A stretch of 64,000 bases of DNA from Mobula hypostoma (lineage: Eukaryota): NCBI RefSeq assembly GCF_963921235.1, contig NC_086108.1, positions 1,488,001 to 1,552,000 of the forward strand, given 5' to 3'. The translations under genes and the position numbers were made by a program. Below the pieces are notes generated by a model. That model worked only from the letters and a program-made list of their open reading frames with translations, made no database searches and was not told the DNA's origin. Below are positions 49,550 to 62,210 of this stretch, in pieces; the stretch's first letter is position 1; the number at the start of each line of letters is the position of its first letter.

Positions 49550-50250
49550 GGTATCCTCTTTAATATTATTGGCTATTATTCTAACTGGCTGCATTACCAG
49601 ATGGATTCAACGTTCTGCTCCTTAGATCTTATATCATCTCTCACTATCACCCTGACCTCATCCTTAACTAAGAGTGCTACCCCACCTCCCTTACCTTCCT
49701 GCCTATCCTTCTGTATCACCTGATATCCTTGGATATTTAATTCCCAATCCTCTCCACCCTGCAAACACGTTTCTGTAATGGCCACTAAATCATACCCCTT
49801 GTACTGATTTGTACCATGAGTTTACTGACCTTGTTTTGAATACTATTGGCATTCAGATAAAGTGCTCTTACACTCATTGTGCTTTTAAAATCTAGTAGCC
49901 TTTGTCTATTTGCACTTGACTTTTCTCCACTCCACCCTTGCTTTTCTCTTTTTTAACTTTTGCGTTTATCTTTATCCACACTTTTCTCTTTTACTTTATC
50001 CATACTTCTCCGATCTGCTGAACCCACTCCCCTGCTATTTAGTTTAAAACTCTATCCATAGCCCGAGTTATGTGGTTCGCCAGGATCCAGGTCCCATCAC
50101 GGTTACGGTGGAGCCTGTCCCATTGGTACAGCTCCGTCCTTCCCCAATACTGGTGCCAGTTTACCACAAATTCAAACCCACTTCTCCCACATCAATCCTT
50201 GAGATACACACTTAGCTCTCTAAATTTCTTGACACTATGCCAATTAGCAA
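49550..50250 (-). mobile_element. CR1 fragment spanning the start of ORF2 (APE)
   Basis: ORF 49594..49785 (AITET.LQ..EDWELNIQGY...GGGVALLVK). Confidence 0.75.
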
Positions 50251-50442
50251 CACTTTGTATTCTGTCTGGGCAGCCTCCAACATGATGGCATGAATATCGA
50301 TTTCTCCTTCTAGTAAAAAAAAACTCCCCCTCCTCTTTTCCTCTATTCCCTACTCTGACCTTTTACTTCTTCTTGCCTCCCGATTACTTCCCCCAGGGGT
50401 CCCCTCCCCTCTCTCCCTTTCTCCTATTGTCCACTCCTCTAT

Positions 50443-50876
50443 CAAGCAACACACATCAAAGTTGCTGGTGAACGCAGCAGGCCAGGCAGCATCTCTAGGA
50501 AGAGGTGCAGTCGACGTTTCAGGCCAAGACCCTTCGTCAGGACTAACTGAAGGAAGAGTTAGTAAGAGATTTGAAAGTTGGAGGGGGAGGGGGAGATCCA
50601 GAATGATAGGAGAAGACAGGAGGGGGAGGGATGGAGCCAAGAGCTGGACAGGTGATTGGCAAAAGGGTGAGACTGAGTCAAAATGTGCTCGAAAAGTTGA
50701 AGAGCCGAAGAAATTACAGATGGGGAGCAGTGAGAGATGGTTTCACTGAACTCCCGTGGAAGAGAAGATTTAAACTTCTTCAGTGTAGGCATCACGGAAG
50801 AGGCTTCGCTGCGTTCACCAGCAAATTTGATGTGTGTTGCTTGAATTTCCAGCATCTGCAGACTTCCTCGTGTTTA
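50443..50876. mobile_element. Penelope-like insertion with inverted termini, nested in an older related element (~50260-51143)
   Basis: CAAGCAACACACATCAAAGTTGCTGGTGAACGCAGC at the left end recurs inverted at ~50807-50845. CTATCAA occurs at 50439-50445 and 50884-50890. Confidence 0.7.
50509..50544 (-). ncRNA. Minimal type I hammerhead ribozyme motif
   Basis: Minus strand AGUC-CUGACGA-A-GGGUCUUGGCCU-GAAA-C-GUC-GACU: stem I AGUC/GACU, intact CUGANGA and GAAA core, GUC cleavage triplet, palindromic ACGU stem III. Confidence 0.65.
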
Positions 50877-51278
50877 CACTCTACTATCAAATTCCTTCTT
50901 CTCCAGCCCTCGACCTTTCCCACCCACCTAGCTTCACCTATCACCTTCCAGCCAGCCTTCTTCACCTTCCCCCCATCTTTTTATTCTGGGGCCTCCCTCC
51001 TCCCTTTCCAGTCCCGATGAAGGGTCTTGGCCCAAAACAGCGACCACCTATTCATTTCCATAGGTGCTGCCTGACCTGCTGAGTTCCTCCAACATTTTGT
51101 GTGTGCTGCTCTGGATTTCCAGCATCTACAAGATTTCTCGTGTTTATGAAATGGTTTTTTTCCTCTGTTCCTCATTACACGCGACACAAATAAACAAATG
51201 ACCAATCAGTAAGAGGAGCATCACCAGAGAAGCCTGCAGCCGGATGGCATGAACATCAATTCCTCTGACCTCTGGTAA

Positions 51279-51902
51279 CAATGCACAACAAAGATTTTGC
51301 TTCCTAAATACTTTTGGTTGTATCATATGGATCTTGGGCTGCTGATCATGAAAATCACCATGAAATTTCCCCATCACACACCATTTAAAAAAAAAATCAC
51401 ATACATTTGTTATTTCAATTCATAATTCAAGTCTATTAAAATGTTACCCACAATGCAAGCTGAAACCATTAAATACAACATGTCACTAAAGATTCATTTT
51501 CTGCATTCCCATTTAGACTTCTTCCCCGCAAATCTTGGCACTGTCAGTGACGAGCATGGTGAAAGGTTTCACCAGGACATTGCGGTCATGGAGAAACTGT
51601 ATCAGGGCAACTGGAATCCGTCAGTGCTGGCTGATTATTGTTGGACACTTGAGCGAGAAGCCTCAAACACTGAGTACAAATGAAAATCATCAACGAAACA
51701 TTTTTAGCTGAGTTGAACTTTTGACAAGCATCAGCACTGTTATGTGATTAAACGCATTATATTTAGCTTCTTGTTTTTCCGAATTCCTATGTGATACAAG
51801 TAGTCTGAAATTATTTTTGTGCTCAGCTTCAAGCAGTCTTTCATAAACATAACAAAAAAATTCAGAGGAAGCAACACTTCCAAAAAAATTTGTTGTCCAG
51901 TG
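51279..51902 (+). mobile_element. Internally deleted DNA transposon, Chapaev3-like
   Basis: TAA duplicated at 51276-51278 and 51903-51905. Termini CAATGCACAACAAA / revcomp CACTGGACAACAAA. ORF 51441..51683 (MSLKIHFLHSHLDFF...VSDEHGERFHQDI...YQGNW...LADYCW) is a transposase C-terminus. The family name is from recall of the motif and TIR/TSD type, not from a search. Confidence 0.75.
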
Positions 51903-53029
51903 TAATCAGTCTCCCCTACTCTCTCTCAGAAGGCTTTACAGCACCAACAATCACGATTCAATGCCGCCACTGACTGGAAGGAGTTTGCAGGTCCTCCCAC
52001 TGATCACACAGATCTCCTCCAGGTGCTCCATTTCCTCCCACACTCATGGGTCTGGTTTGTAAGTTCTGGGAATGCTATGTTGGCGCCTGAAGCTTGGCGA
52101 CACTTGTGGGCTGCCCCCAGCTCATCCTCAGACTGTTGGTCATTGATGGAAATGATTCATTTCACTGTATGCTTCAATGTTCTGAGGTGCAAATGACAAA
52201 GAAAGCTAATCTAATCTTCTCCAGTCTCCATTCTGGATCCTCTCTCACCCCTTCTCTTCTGCTCAGCTGCCTATCACCTCCCTCTGGTTTCCCTCCTCCT
52301 TCCCTTTCTCCCACTGGCCACTCTCCTCCGTCAAATCCCTCCTCCTTGCCCTCTTCCAGCAATCCCCTCCCAGCTGCTCACTTCATTCCCTGCCTCACCC
52401 ACCCACCTTCCTTCTCACATGCTCTCACCTGCCAACTTGTAGTCCTTCCCTCCTCCCACATTCTTAACATGGCTTCATTTTGTTCCCTCCCTGTCCTGAT
52501 GAAGTGTCTTTGCCTGACAATTCAACTGTTTATTCCCCTCCATAGATGCCGTCTGATCACCTGAGTTTGGGTGTGTTGCTCAAGACTTCAAGCACCTGCA
52601 GAATCTCTGGTGTTTGCCAATGGAAGTCAGGCTTTTTCCAGTAAGGTTGCGCGGGATTACAACCAGAGGTCATGGGTTAAGGACGAAAGGTGAAGAGTTT
52701 ATGGGGAATATGAGGGGAAACTTCTTCACTCAGAGGGTGGTGAGAGTGTGGAATAAGCTGCCATCACAAGTGGTGCATGTGAGCTCCATTCCAACATTTA
52801 AGAGAAGTCTGGATAGGTATACGGATGGTAGGGGTATGGAGGGCTATTGTCCAGGTGCAGGTCGATGGGAGTAGGTTGTTTAAATAGTTCAGCACAGACT
52901 AGATGGGCCGAAGGACCTGGTTCAGTGATATACTTTTCTAAATCTTTCAATGAACAGCCTATTATGTTAGTCATTTACCTCAATAAAACCCTGGCACTTG
53001 TTCCCAGAAACTAAATGAAACGTATACTA

Positions 53030-53562
53030 TACACTCTGTAGCCATTTTATTAGCTACCTCCTGTACCTAATAAAGTAGCCACGGAGTGTATGTTCGTGGT
53101 CTTCTGCTGCTTAGCCCATCCACTTCAAGTTTCAACAATTTGTGTGTTCAGAGATGCTCTTCTGCACACCGCTGTTTTAACACATGGTGTTTGAGTTCCT
53201 GTCACCTTGAACCAGTCTGGCCATTCTCCACTGACCACTCTCATTAACAAGGTGTTTTCACCCACTGAATAATTTTTATTTCTTGCACCATTCTCTGTAA
53301 ACTCTAGAGGCTGTTATGCATGAAAATCCCCGGAAATCAGCAGTTTCTGAGACACTCAACCACCCCGTCAGACACCAACAATCATTTCAAGGTTAGATAT
53401 TTTTTTCCCACTTTCTGATATTTGGCCTGAACAACAACCGAACCTCTTGACCATGTCCGCGTGCTTTTATGCACTGAGTTGCTGCCACATGATTGGCTGA
53501 TTGGACATTTGCATTAACGAGCTGGTGTACAAAGATACCTAGTAAAGTGGCCACTGAGTGTA
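53030..53562. mobile_element. Tc1/mariner-like non-autonomous element (MITE)
   Basis: TA-flanked termini TA-CACTCTGTAGCCATTTTATTAG ... CTAGTAAAGTGGCCACTGAGTG-TA. Related internal sequence also at ~36795-37270 and ~42810-43030. Confidence 0.7.
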
Positions 53563-53680
53563 CAGTGCGTTGCCATGGTGAACAACCCACTATACAAACA
53601 GGCCACCAGTCATGGGGTGGTCGGAGTCAGGAAGAACAGATATCATTCTCCACCCTGCAGAACCCAGGTCCCTTTCTCAC

Positions 53681-53832
53681 CTGGCTTTCATATTGCACTT
53701 GGGGCTGACGGTCACTTCACAGATGCCATTCTGACAGTCCTTCCCCACCAGGCTGTGTGGGTGGGGCTTGTAGGGCTCATCCTTGGTTACCAGTGAGATG
53801 ATCACCTTGACTTCACCTTGCCAGTTCTGGAT
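53681..53832 (-). CDS. relb: RelB-like coding exon (152 nt)
   Basis: Polypyrimidine tract plus CAG acceptor. Encodes [50 protein letters not shown](S). Donor AG|GTGAGA, phase 0 to 2. Confidence 0.93.
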
Positions 53833-56800
53833 CTGGATGGGGGGGGGAGGAGGGGGAGAAGAAGACACCGATCACCAACGGCCATTTTTCTTAGAGCTGA
53901 CCTCAAGATCCAACTCAAGCAGATGCACTGTCATGAAATTTGTTGTTTTGTGGTAACGGTACAGTGCGGACATGAAAACCAATAAATAAATCATAGTGTT
54001 GGAAAAAAAACTTGGAAAATGTGTAGCTGGGGTGACATAGCCGTTTCGCCTGGCAAACTTCCTGCACTGTGGGCTGGAATTTCGGCTCATAAGCTATCAG
54101 GCTCTTGAACCAAAGGGGATAACTTTACTTGCCCCCTCATCGAAATGTTCCCATAATTAATGGACTCACATTTAAAGACTCTCCATCTCATGTTCTCAAT
54201 ATCCATTGCTTATTTATAATTATTGTTGTTTCAACTTTTTGTATTGGCACAGCTTGTTGTCTTCTGCATGCTGGCCAAAACCCTAGTTGAGCGGTTGTTC
54301 ATTAACTGTGTTACGGTTATTATTCTATACATTTATTGGTACAAGAGAGTAGACACTGCCAGCCCTACGAGCCACATTACCACAGCAGCCCCGAACCCAA
54401 TTACAGTACAATTTACAGTGATTAGGGGTCCCGTGTGAGCCCGTAGGTCAATCCCATGACTGGCATCCTGGGACAAAGTCTGCGAGTCCAAGAATCCAGG
54501 GACAAGGACTGGAGGTCCAGGATTCGGGGTCCATGCATGCCTATAAGTCAAGGCCCGTAGGTCAAACCCACGATCGGTGTCCTGAGCTGAAGTCTACATG
54601 TCTGACACCCCAGGGACAAGGACTGGAGGCCCAGAGGCAGCCTGTCTGGTTGTGGGAAGAATGGGGGGGACGGGAAAGAGCCTGCACTACCGCTGTTTTG
54701 TTTTTGCTGAGTGTGCTGCTCTGCTGAACATCGTGAGTATGCCATGTTGGCGTCGGAATGTGCGACAACAAGACCAAGGAGCTGATTATTGACTTCAGGA
54801 GAAGAGAACCAGAGGGAGACGGTTAGCAACTTTAAATTCCTCAGAGTTATTACTTGAGAAGACCTGCACACAAGTGTAATTACAAAAAAAGCACAGTAGC
54901 ACTTCTACTTCCTTAGGAGTTCGCAAAGATTCGGTGTGACATCTAAAACTTTGACAAGTCTCTACAGAAGTGGAAGATCCTACAAAACAAAACAGTGAAT
55001 AGGGCCCAGTCCATCACAGGTAAATACCTCCCCACCACTGAGCACATCTACATAAAATGATGTCGCAGGAAAGCAGCATCCACCATCAGGGATCTCTACC
55101 ACCCAGGACACGCTCTCTTCTCGCTGCTGCCATCAGGAAGGAGGCAAAGGAGTCTCAGGACTCACACCACCAGGTTCAGGAACCTGAAACCCACATTGTC
55201 CCATTTTCTGACATTGGTCAATGGATAAATATTGGAAGGACAATGGAGATGAAACTTGTTCCTTAACATCCACTTGAGGAAACACACAGGGGCTCAATCC
55301 GAAAGAATGCATCTCTGGTGCGGCAGCGCTCCCTCAGGAATCCACTGTCTGTAACAGCCGGGACCGCTGAGCCCGTATTGCCGGAGTGGGAACCAAACCC
55401 AAAAAACCTTGCCAACTTGGAAGGAGCGAGACCTGTCCACTCCCCCAAGGGGTTTGGTGTGGCTGTTCTCAGTGGCATCCAACTCAGAAGTGATCGCAGG
55501 TTCAAAAGTCAACAGTAAGAGTTTACACACAAAACTGTTAAGATCGCGTCCTCAGGCAGTGACATTTCTGTGACTGACCAACTTCTGTACACCTCCTCTC
55601 CTTAAGGACTCCAGAGAGGGTCCAGCAAAGGTTCACAACGATCACAAGACAGACAGCCTTAACACAGGGGCGTATGATGTAGTCTTCAGAAAGATGGGGG
55701 TGGGGAGGGGCAAGATCTCATTGAAACACACTGAATACTGAAAGTCTAGGAAAGTGTGGACATGGAGAGGATGCTTCCACTCATGGGGGAGTCTAAACCT
55801 CAGAATAAAAGGACATCCTTTTAGAATTGAAGACGAAGCTGTTTACTCTCCTTTCACTGTAGATGCAGCGATGTCTGTCTCTCCTTCGTTAGTGAGAAAA
55901 AGTGCCTGTAGGATGTTGAAATGTTAAAGTGAACAGTTAGTTTTTGATGGGCTGTAGACCATGGTCTCCCTTTGGGGCTTTGCTGTGGTGGCGTGGTGGG
56001 TGGTGGGAATGCTGATGCTTCATACTTGAACAAGTGGGGGAGAGGGAGGGTTGATACTGCATGTGCATGGGCTGGGGTGTGGGAGCTTTGGGCTCCTTAC
56101 ATTTTTTCTGTCATTTATTCTTTGGGTTTTTTTTGCCCGTTTTGCGGATGTCTGTGGAGAGTATGAATTCCAGGTTGTATATTTATACATTATCTGATAT
56201 TAAATTGAAATATTGAGGAGGAATTCAGCCACAGGATGAGGAATTTGTGGAACTTGTTACCACAGACAGAATGGGGAATGGAAGAAGAGAGAACTGGGGT
56301 GGGTGGTTGGGGTTATAATGACCATTAAGTTTGAGAAATCAAAGTTCATGCCATCAGGTTGGAATCCTGTTCCAAAGAAAAGCAGCTTTTCCTTGGTTCC
56401 CAGGGTCCAATATTGACGTCACAACCAGCACGACTAAAACTCAATCTGATCAATTCTTTTGTTGATATTTGGTGGGAGTTTACTCCACACAACTCGGATA
56501 CTACAGTTGCCACAACACAACAGTAACTGTGCTTGTGAAAGATTCTTCAGCAACTCCAGGAGAGGTGCTGCAGAAAGTCAGGTATCACATTCTAATGATA
56601 TGTAAATACTGACAGGTGTGGTGGAAAAACCCCTCAAAAACTCCCTTGTTGTGCCGCACCCAAACTGTGGGAATCCACCCAAGGCAATGCCTCAAACTCC
56701 CAAATAAATTCCCCTCCAAGTATTCCTCTCCAAATAAAGCCAGCACAAAACTCTTCCCACAAGAATTATTTCAGCGCCGAAGTCGGCTTTGACAAGAGTG

Positions 56801-57219
56801 CTTCTCCAGCGAGTACTGGGCGTGTCGGTTTATCACTGCAGTGGAGAGCAGATGACCACCTGAAGTTCGAGCAACTTACACGTCCATAGCTGTGAGATAT
56901 TTAAAGATCTACTTTATTTGTTACATGGATATTGAAACATCGAAACACACAGGGAAATGTATCATGTTGCATCAACAACAACACAGTCTGAAGATGTGCT
57001 GGGGGCAGTCTGCCAGTGTTGCCACATTTCCAACGACAACGTAGCGTGTCCACGACTTACTAAACCCTAACATGTACACCTTTGGAACATGGGAGGAAAC
57101 TGGAGCACCCGGAGAAACACGCACGGTTACAGGGAGAACGTACAAGCTCCTTACAGACAGCGGTGGGCAATGTTCCCTTGGCCTGAAAGCTGCACAGCCC
57201 TTTATGTTAACGTATGACG

Positions 57220-57485
57220 CCTGGCACAGTAGCATAGTGCTTCACTGTGCAGGCGACCCAGGTTCAATTCCCATTACTGCTTGCAAGGAGTTTGTACACT
57301 CCCCCCGTGTGGGCTCCCTCTGGGTGCGCTGGTTTCCTCCCACAGTTCAAAGGCTTACCAGTCGGTAGATTCATTGATCATTGTAAATTGTCCCTTGATT
57401 AGGGCAGGGTTAAATTGGGGGTTGCCCTGTCGTGTGGCTCAAAGGGCTGGAAGAGCCTATTTGTGCTGTATCACAATAAATAAAC
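57220..57485 (+). mobile_element. V-SINE-like tRNA-derived SINE
   Basis: TGGCACAGTAG A-box-like, GGTTCAATTCC B-box-like, TTTCCTCCCACAG core, AATAAATAAA end. Confidence 0.7.
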
Positions 57486-58242
57486 AGACATCTATACAAA
57501 AGAAAATTCCAGCTGTACAGCAACAAAGGCTATGTGCGTGGGAGTATTTCACTTACCGCGCGGCCGCACAGCTGAGGCGGAGCGGCGGCTGCGGTACCCT
57601 GATCTTACAGCCCGCTCTCGAGACCAGGACGTTAATCCCTGTGCTACCATTCTACCTACAACCCAAAGCACATCCTGCCAGATTATCACAGAATAAAACC
57701 CATCCACTGTCCTTAGTCCGGTGTGTACGAAACTCCAAGCTCATCGTTCAACCCTGTCAACTTTGGGGCATTGCGGATAGACAAAGGTTTTTATTTATTT
57801 AGAGGTAGTGTGGAATTGGCCTGTCCAGCCTTTCAAGCCAGGCCGCCAACAACCCACCAATTTACTCCTAGCCCAATCACAGGACAGTTTACAATGGCCA
57901 ATTGAACTACTAACCCGTATATCTTTGGACTGAAAGGAAAGCCATATGGTCACAAAGTGAACGTACAAACTCCTCAAAGGTGGAATTGAACTTGGAACTC
58001 TTGACACCTGTTGAACGAGCTGCTACACAGCTGGAACAGGGGCTTTGCTTCTGAGGAAAGATGGTTTCTTCCACTGGAACGTAGGGGTGACCTGATAGAG
58101 ACTGAGAAAACTATGAGGAGTACAGAAAGGGCGTAAAGTTGGTCTTTTTCCCCCAAAGGTGTGGGACAATAAAAACAAGAGGATTCAGAGTGAAGATGAG
58201 GGGACAGAAATTCAACCGAGATCTGTGGGATATATTTTACTT

Positions 58243-58298
58243 ACACACACACAGACATACACAGAAACACACACACACACACGCACACACACACACAC

Positions 58299-58334
<36 letters not shown>
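58243..58334. repeat. Interrupted (CA)n microsatellite
   Basis: Direct reading. Confidence 0.95.
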
Positions 58335-59369
58335 GAGATCGTTGGGTATATGCAACGAGCTGCAAAAGGCAAGGCAGATACAAACACGACATTAAATGCT
58401 GTTGGACAAAAAGGATCTCAGGGTTGTACGTGGTGGCATCTATGTACTCCAATAAAATTGACTTTGAACTGGGATGGAGTGACTCAAAGTGCAACCTTGT
58501 GTTCCCATGGTTGGGAATGGGCAAGGCAGACCGATAGGGCTCTGGTGAAGCTGTGTAGGCTGATACTTCATACAATGGATTACAGAAACATTGATGAACT
58601 GCAAATATACCATCGTCTTTGGATGTAGGAGGTGGGAGGTCATCAGTGGTCTGTGCTCCATAGGCCCAAGGAGGAGGAGGAGATGATAAACACGGCAGAC
58701 GAACATGCCCCTTATGCCCAAATCATCCACAGCAAACAAGATGTCTAATTTGCTAGGCCCATTTTGCTGATGTTGGTCTAAAACCTTCCTCATGCATGTA
58801 CTTCTACAAATAACCCTTTTTAAAAAATCGTATCCTCCCTCTACCACTTCTGCTAACAGCTCGATCTACATCCACACCACTTCCACATTCTGGTGTGGAG
58901 AAACCTGCTCCTTTACACAGTGAACTATGCCCTCTCGCTCCGAGAGGTGGAGACACACAGATTCTCACAGACAGATATCACCATCGGCATGGATGAGATG
59001 GCCTGCTTCTGTGCTGACGATTCTACAAATCTCGCAGAAATCCTACACTCAGTTTTTTTTCTGAGAATCCCTACAGATCTACTTCTGTCATTTTAATTTA
59101 TTTTTATTTATTGAGATACAGTGCAGAATAGGCCCTTTTGGCCCAACAAGCTGCACCATCCAGCAATATCCAGATTTGTTCCTAGCCAAATGACAGGACA
59201 AGCTACACTGACAAATTAACCCATGAACCACAGTCTCTAGACTGTGGGAGGAAACCAGAGCACCCAGAGGAAACCCACACGGCCATGGGGAGAACGTACA
59301 AACTCCTTGTGTTCCTCCCATATTTTCATTGCCGGTAGCGAACTAATACGATCATACAATTACCAAGCA

Positions 59370-59970
59370 CTTTGGTCTTTGTAAATCAAAGTATTGACTA
59401 CAGGAGACGGAATGTCATGCTGAAGTTGTACAAGACGCTGGTGAGGCCAGATTTGGAGGACTGTGTGCAGTTTTAGTCACCTACCTACAGAAAAAATGTA
59501 AATAAGTTTGAAAGAGTACAGAGAAAATTTCTAAGAACGTTTCCAGGACTAGAGGACCTGAGTTTTAAGGAAAGATTGAGTAGGTTAGGACTTTATTCCT
59601 TGGAGCATAGAAGACTGAGAGAAGTTTTGACAGAGGTATACAAAATTGTGGGGTGTAGATAGGGTAAAAGCAAGCAGGTTTTTTCCACTGATGTTGGGTG
59701 GGATGACAACTAGAGGTTATTGGTTAAAGGTGAAAGGTTTAAGGAAACGAGGGAAACCTTCACTTACAGGGTGGAAATAGTGTGGAATTGACTGTCAGCA
59801 CAAGTGGTGCATTCAAGTTTGATTTCAACAATTAAGAGAACTTTGGATAGGTACATGGATGGTCAGGATATTGGAAGGCTACTATCCTGGTACAGATCAA
59901 TAGGAGTAGGCAGTTTAAATGGACTAGAAGGGCCAAAATGCCTGTTTCTGTGCTGTACTTTTCTGTGATT
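59370..59970 (+). mobile_element. Degraded CR1 3' fragment
   Basis: Same subfamily as 35090-35760 in opposite orientation (LKLYKTLVRP.LE.CVQF). Confidence 0.75.
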
Positions 59971-60085
59971 CAAATCGAGTAGTATATTCTGTATGCGAAT
60001 CCTCAGGTGTCTGTAGACACCAGTCGGAGATTTCCTGAAAAAGGATGGGCAAGAGCAAGTAGAGGCAGTGGTTAGGAGCCGTCAT

Positions 60086-60188
60086 CATCATGATGTGCCA
60101 TGCTGTATGACATCATGATGTGCCGTGTCATATGACATCATCATTCTGTGCCATGCCATATGACATCATGATGTGCAGTGTCCTATAC
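60086..60188 (+). repeat. ~25-bp tandem repeat, ~4 copies
   Basis: Recurring CATCATGATGTGCCATG...TATGA. Confidence 0.75.
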
Positions 60189-60529
60189 GGTGGACAAACA
60201 TGGTCTCATGACCATGATTGCTCTTGGCAAATTTTTCTACAGAAGTGGTTTGCTATTTCCTTATTCTGGGCAGAGTCCTTACAAAATGGGTGACCTCAGC
60301 CATTATCAATACTCTGCCTGGCGTCAGTGGTCGCATAACCAGGACTTGTGATCTGCATCAGCTGCTCATACGACCATCCACCACCTGGTCCCATGGCTTC
60401 ACGTGACCCTGATCAGGGGCTAAGCAGGTGCTACACCTTGTCCAAGGGTGATCTGCAGGCCAGCAGAGGGAAGGAGTGCCTTACACCTCCCTTGGTAGAG
60501 ACACATATTGACCCCGACACCCATCGTTT

Positions 60530-60810
60530 ATCTATTGAGATACAACGCAGAGTGGGCCTTTTCAGCCCCCAGTTTGAGTTGCACCAACCAGCAATCCCCA
60601 ATTTAGTCCTAGCTTAATCACGGGACAATTTACAATAACCAATTAATCTACCAACCGCTACATCTTTGGACTATGGGAGGAAACCAAAGCACCCAGAGGA
60701 AACCCACGCGGTCACAGGGAAAATGTACAGGCAGTGACGGGAATTGAACCCGGTTCGCTGGTACAGTACTGTAAGCCATTGTGCTAACTACTATGTTACA
60801 ATGCCACCTC
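60530..60810 (-). mobile_element. V-SINE-like tRNA-derived SINE
   Basis: Same core and box motifs on the minus strand. Confidence 0.65.
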
Positions 60811-61579
60811 TGTATAGTGGCTATACAAGAGTCCATTCAGCCCAACGCACCAATGTCTGGATTTTTTTCCCATCTAAATGCATCAGAATAACCCTCAATT
60901 CCTTCTTCCCCACGCTCTTTTCCAGTTTATGACAAGTACACCGAAACACAGTGAAATACTCCAGTTGCACGAACAACCAACACACCCGAGGGTGTGCTGG
61001 GGGCATCCACGACTGGCACCATGCGCTCCGGCACCAACATAGCACTCAGCAGACCAGCACAGAACCCAACAAGCAACCACACTGTTCGCTTCAACTAGTC
61101 CCCCTGTGACAGCCAATCCCACGTCACTTCAATTGAAGTTTTCCCACAGACGTTGTGGCCCTTTTAACATGACCATTGTACCATGCCAGGGATGAGGGTT
61201 CAATTCCTGCCGCTGGAGATCGGAAAAACACTGTCAACTCGGTCAGCTCTATCATGGGCACGAGCCTCCCCAGCAGCGGGACATCTTCAAAAGGCCATGT
61301 CCGTCATTAGGGACCCCCTCTCCCATCACCCAGGTGATACTTTGCTCTCATCATTACCATCAGGAAGGAGGTACAGGAGCCTGAAGGCACACACTCACCA
61401 ATTCAGGAACAGGTTCTCAGATAATAAATTCGTTTTGAACTTTGACCCTAACCAACAGAGGACCTCAGAGAGACCGTAAATGGGTGACGTAGACTCAGTA
61501 TGTTTCTCTCGTGTATGCCTCTGTGACTCTGGTCACAGGAAGAATACAAACTCCTTAAAGGATGTTAAGGCAGCTCCTG

Positions 61580-62210
61580 GAATGCTTGCTTGTATTAGTC
61601 GAGGCATTAAGTTCAAAAGTCAAAAGGTTAGGTTGCAACTTTATAGAACTCTGGTCAGGCCAAATCTAGAGTTTTGTACACTGTTCTGGTTGCTCTGCTG
61701 TAGGAAGGATGTTGAGGCTTTTGAGAGGGTGCAGAAGAGGTTTACCAGGATGCTGCCTGGCTTAGAGGGCATGTGCTGTCACAAGAGGCTGGACAAACTT
61801 GGGTTGTTTTCTCTGGAGTGTTGGAGGCTGAGGGGAGATCTGAATGAGGTTTACAAGATTATGAGAGGCAGAGATCGAGTGGACAGAGAGTATCTGTTTC
61901 CCAGGTTAGAAACGTCTAATACCAGAGATCATGCGTTGAAGGTGAGGGGGGGGTAGGTTCAAGGGGGATGTGAGGGGTAAGTTTTTTTACTCAGAGAGTG
62001 GTGGATGCGTTGCCTGGTCTGGTGGTAGAGGCAAATACATTAGAGGTTTTTAAGAGACGTTTGAATAGGAACATGGATGCAAGGAAGATGGAGGGATATG
62101 GACGGTGTAGGGAGGAGGGATTAGTGTTTGTTGTTTTTGATTTGCTTTTTAGTTGATCTAGCATAACATTGTGGGCCGAATGGCCTGTTTCTGGCTGTAT
62201 GGTTCTATAT
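61580..62210 (+). mobile_element. CR1 3' fragment
   Basis: C-terminal part of ORF 61480..61956 (LQLYRTLVRP.LEFC...RLRGDL.EVYKIMRG). Confidence 0.8.

Noticed and set aside
61105..61146. CCAAT-C-CCACGTCA as an ER-stress element
   Set aside because: Spacing and orientation match neither ERSE (CCAAT-N9-CCACG) nor ERSE-II (ATTGG-N-CCACG), and a lone TGACGTGG is too weak to call.
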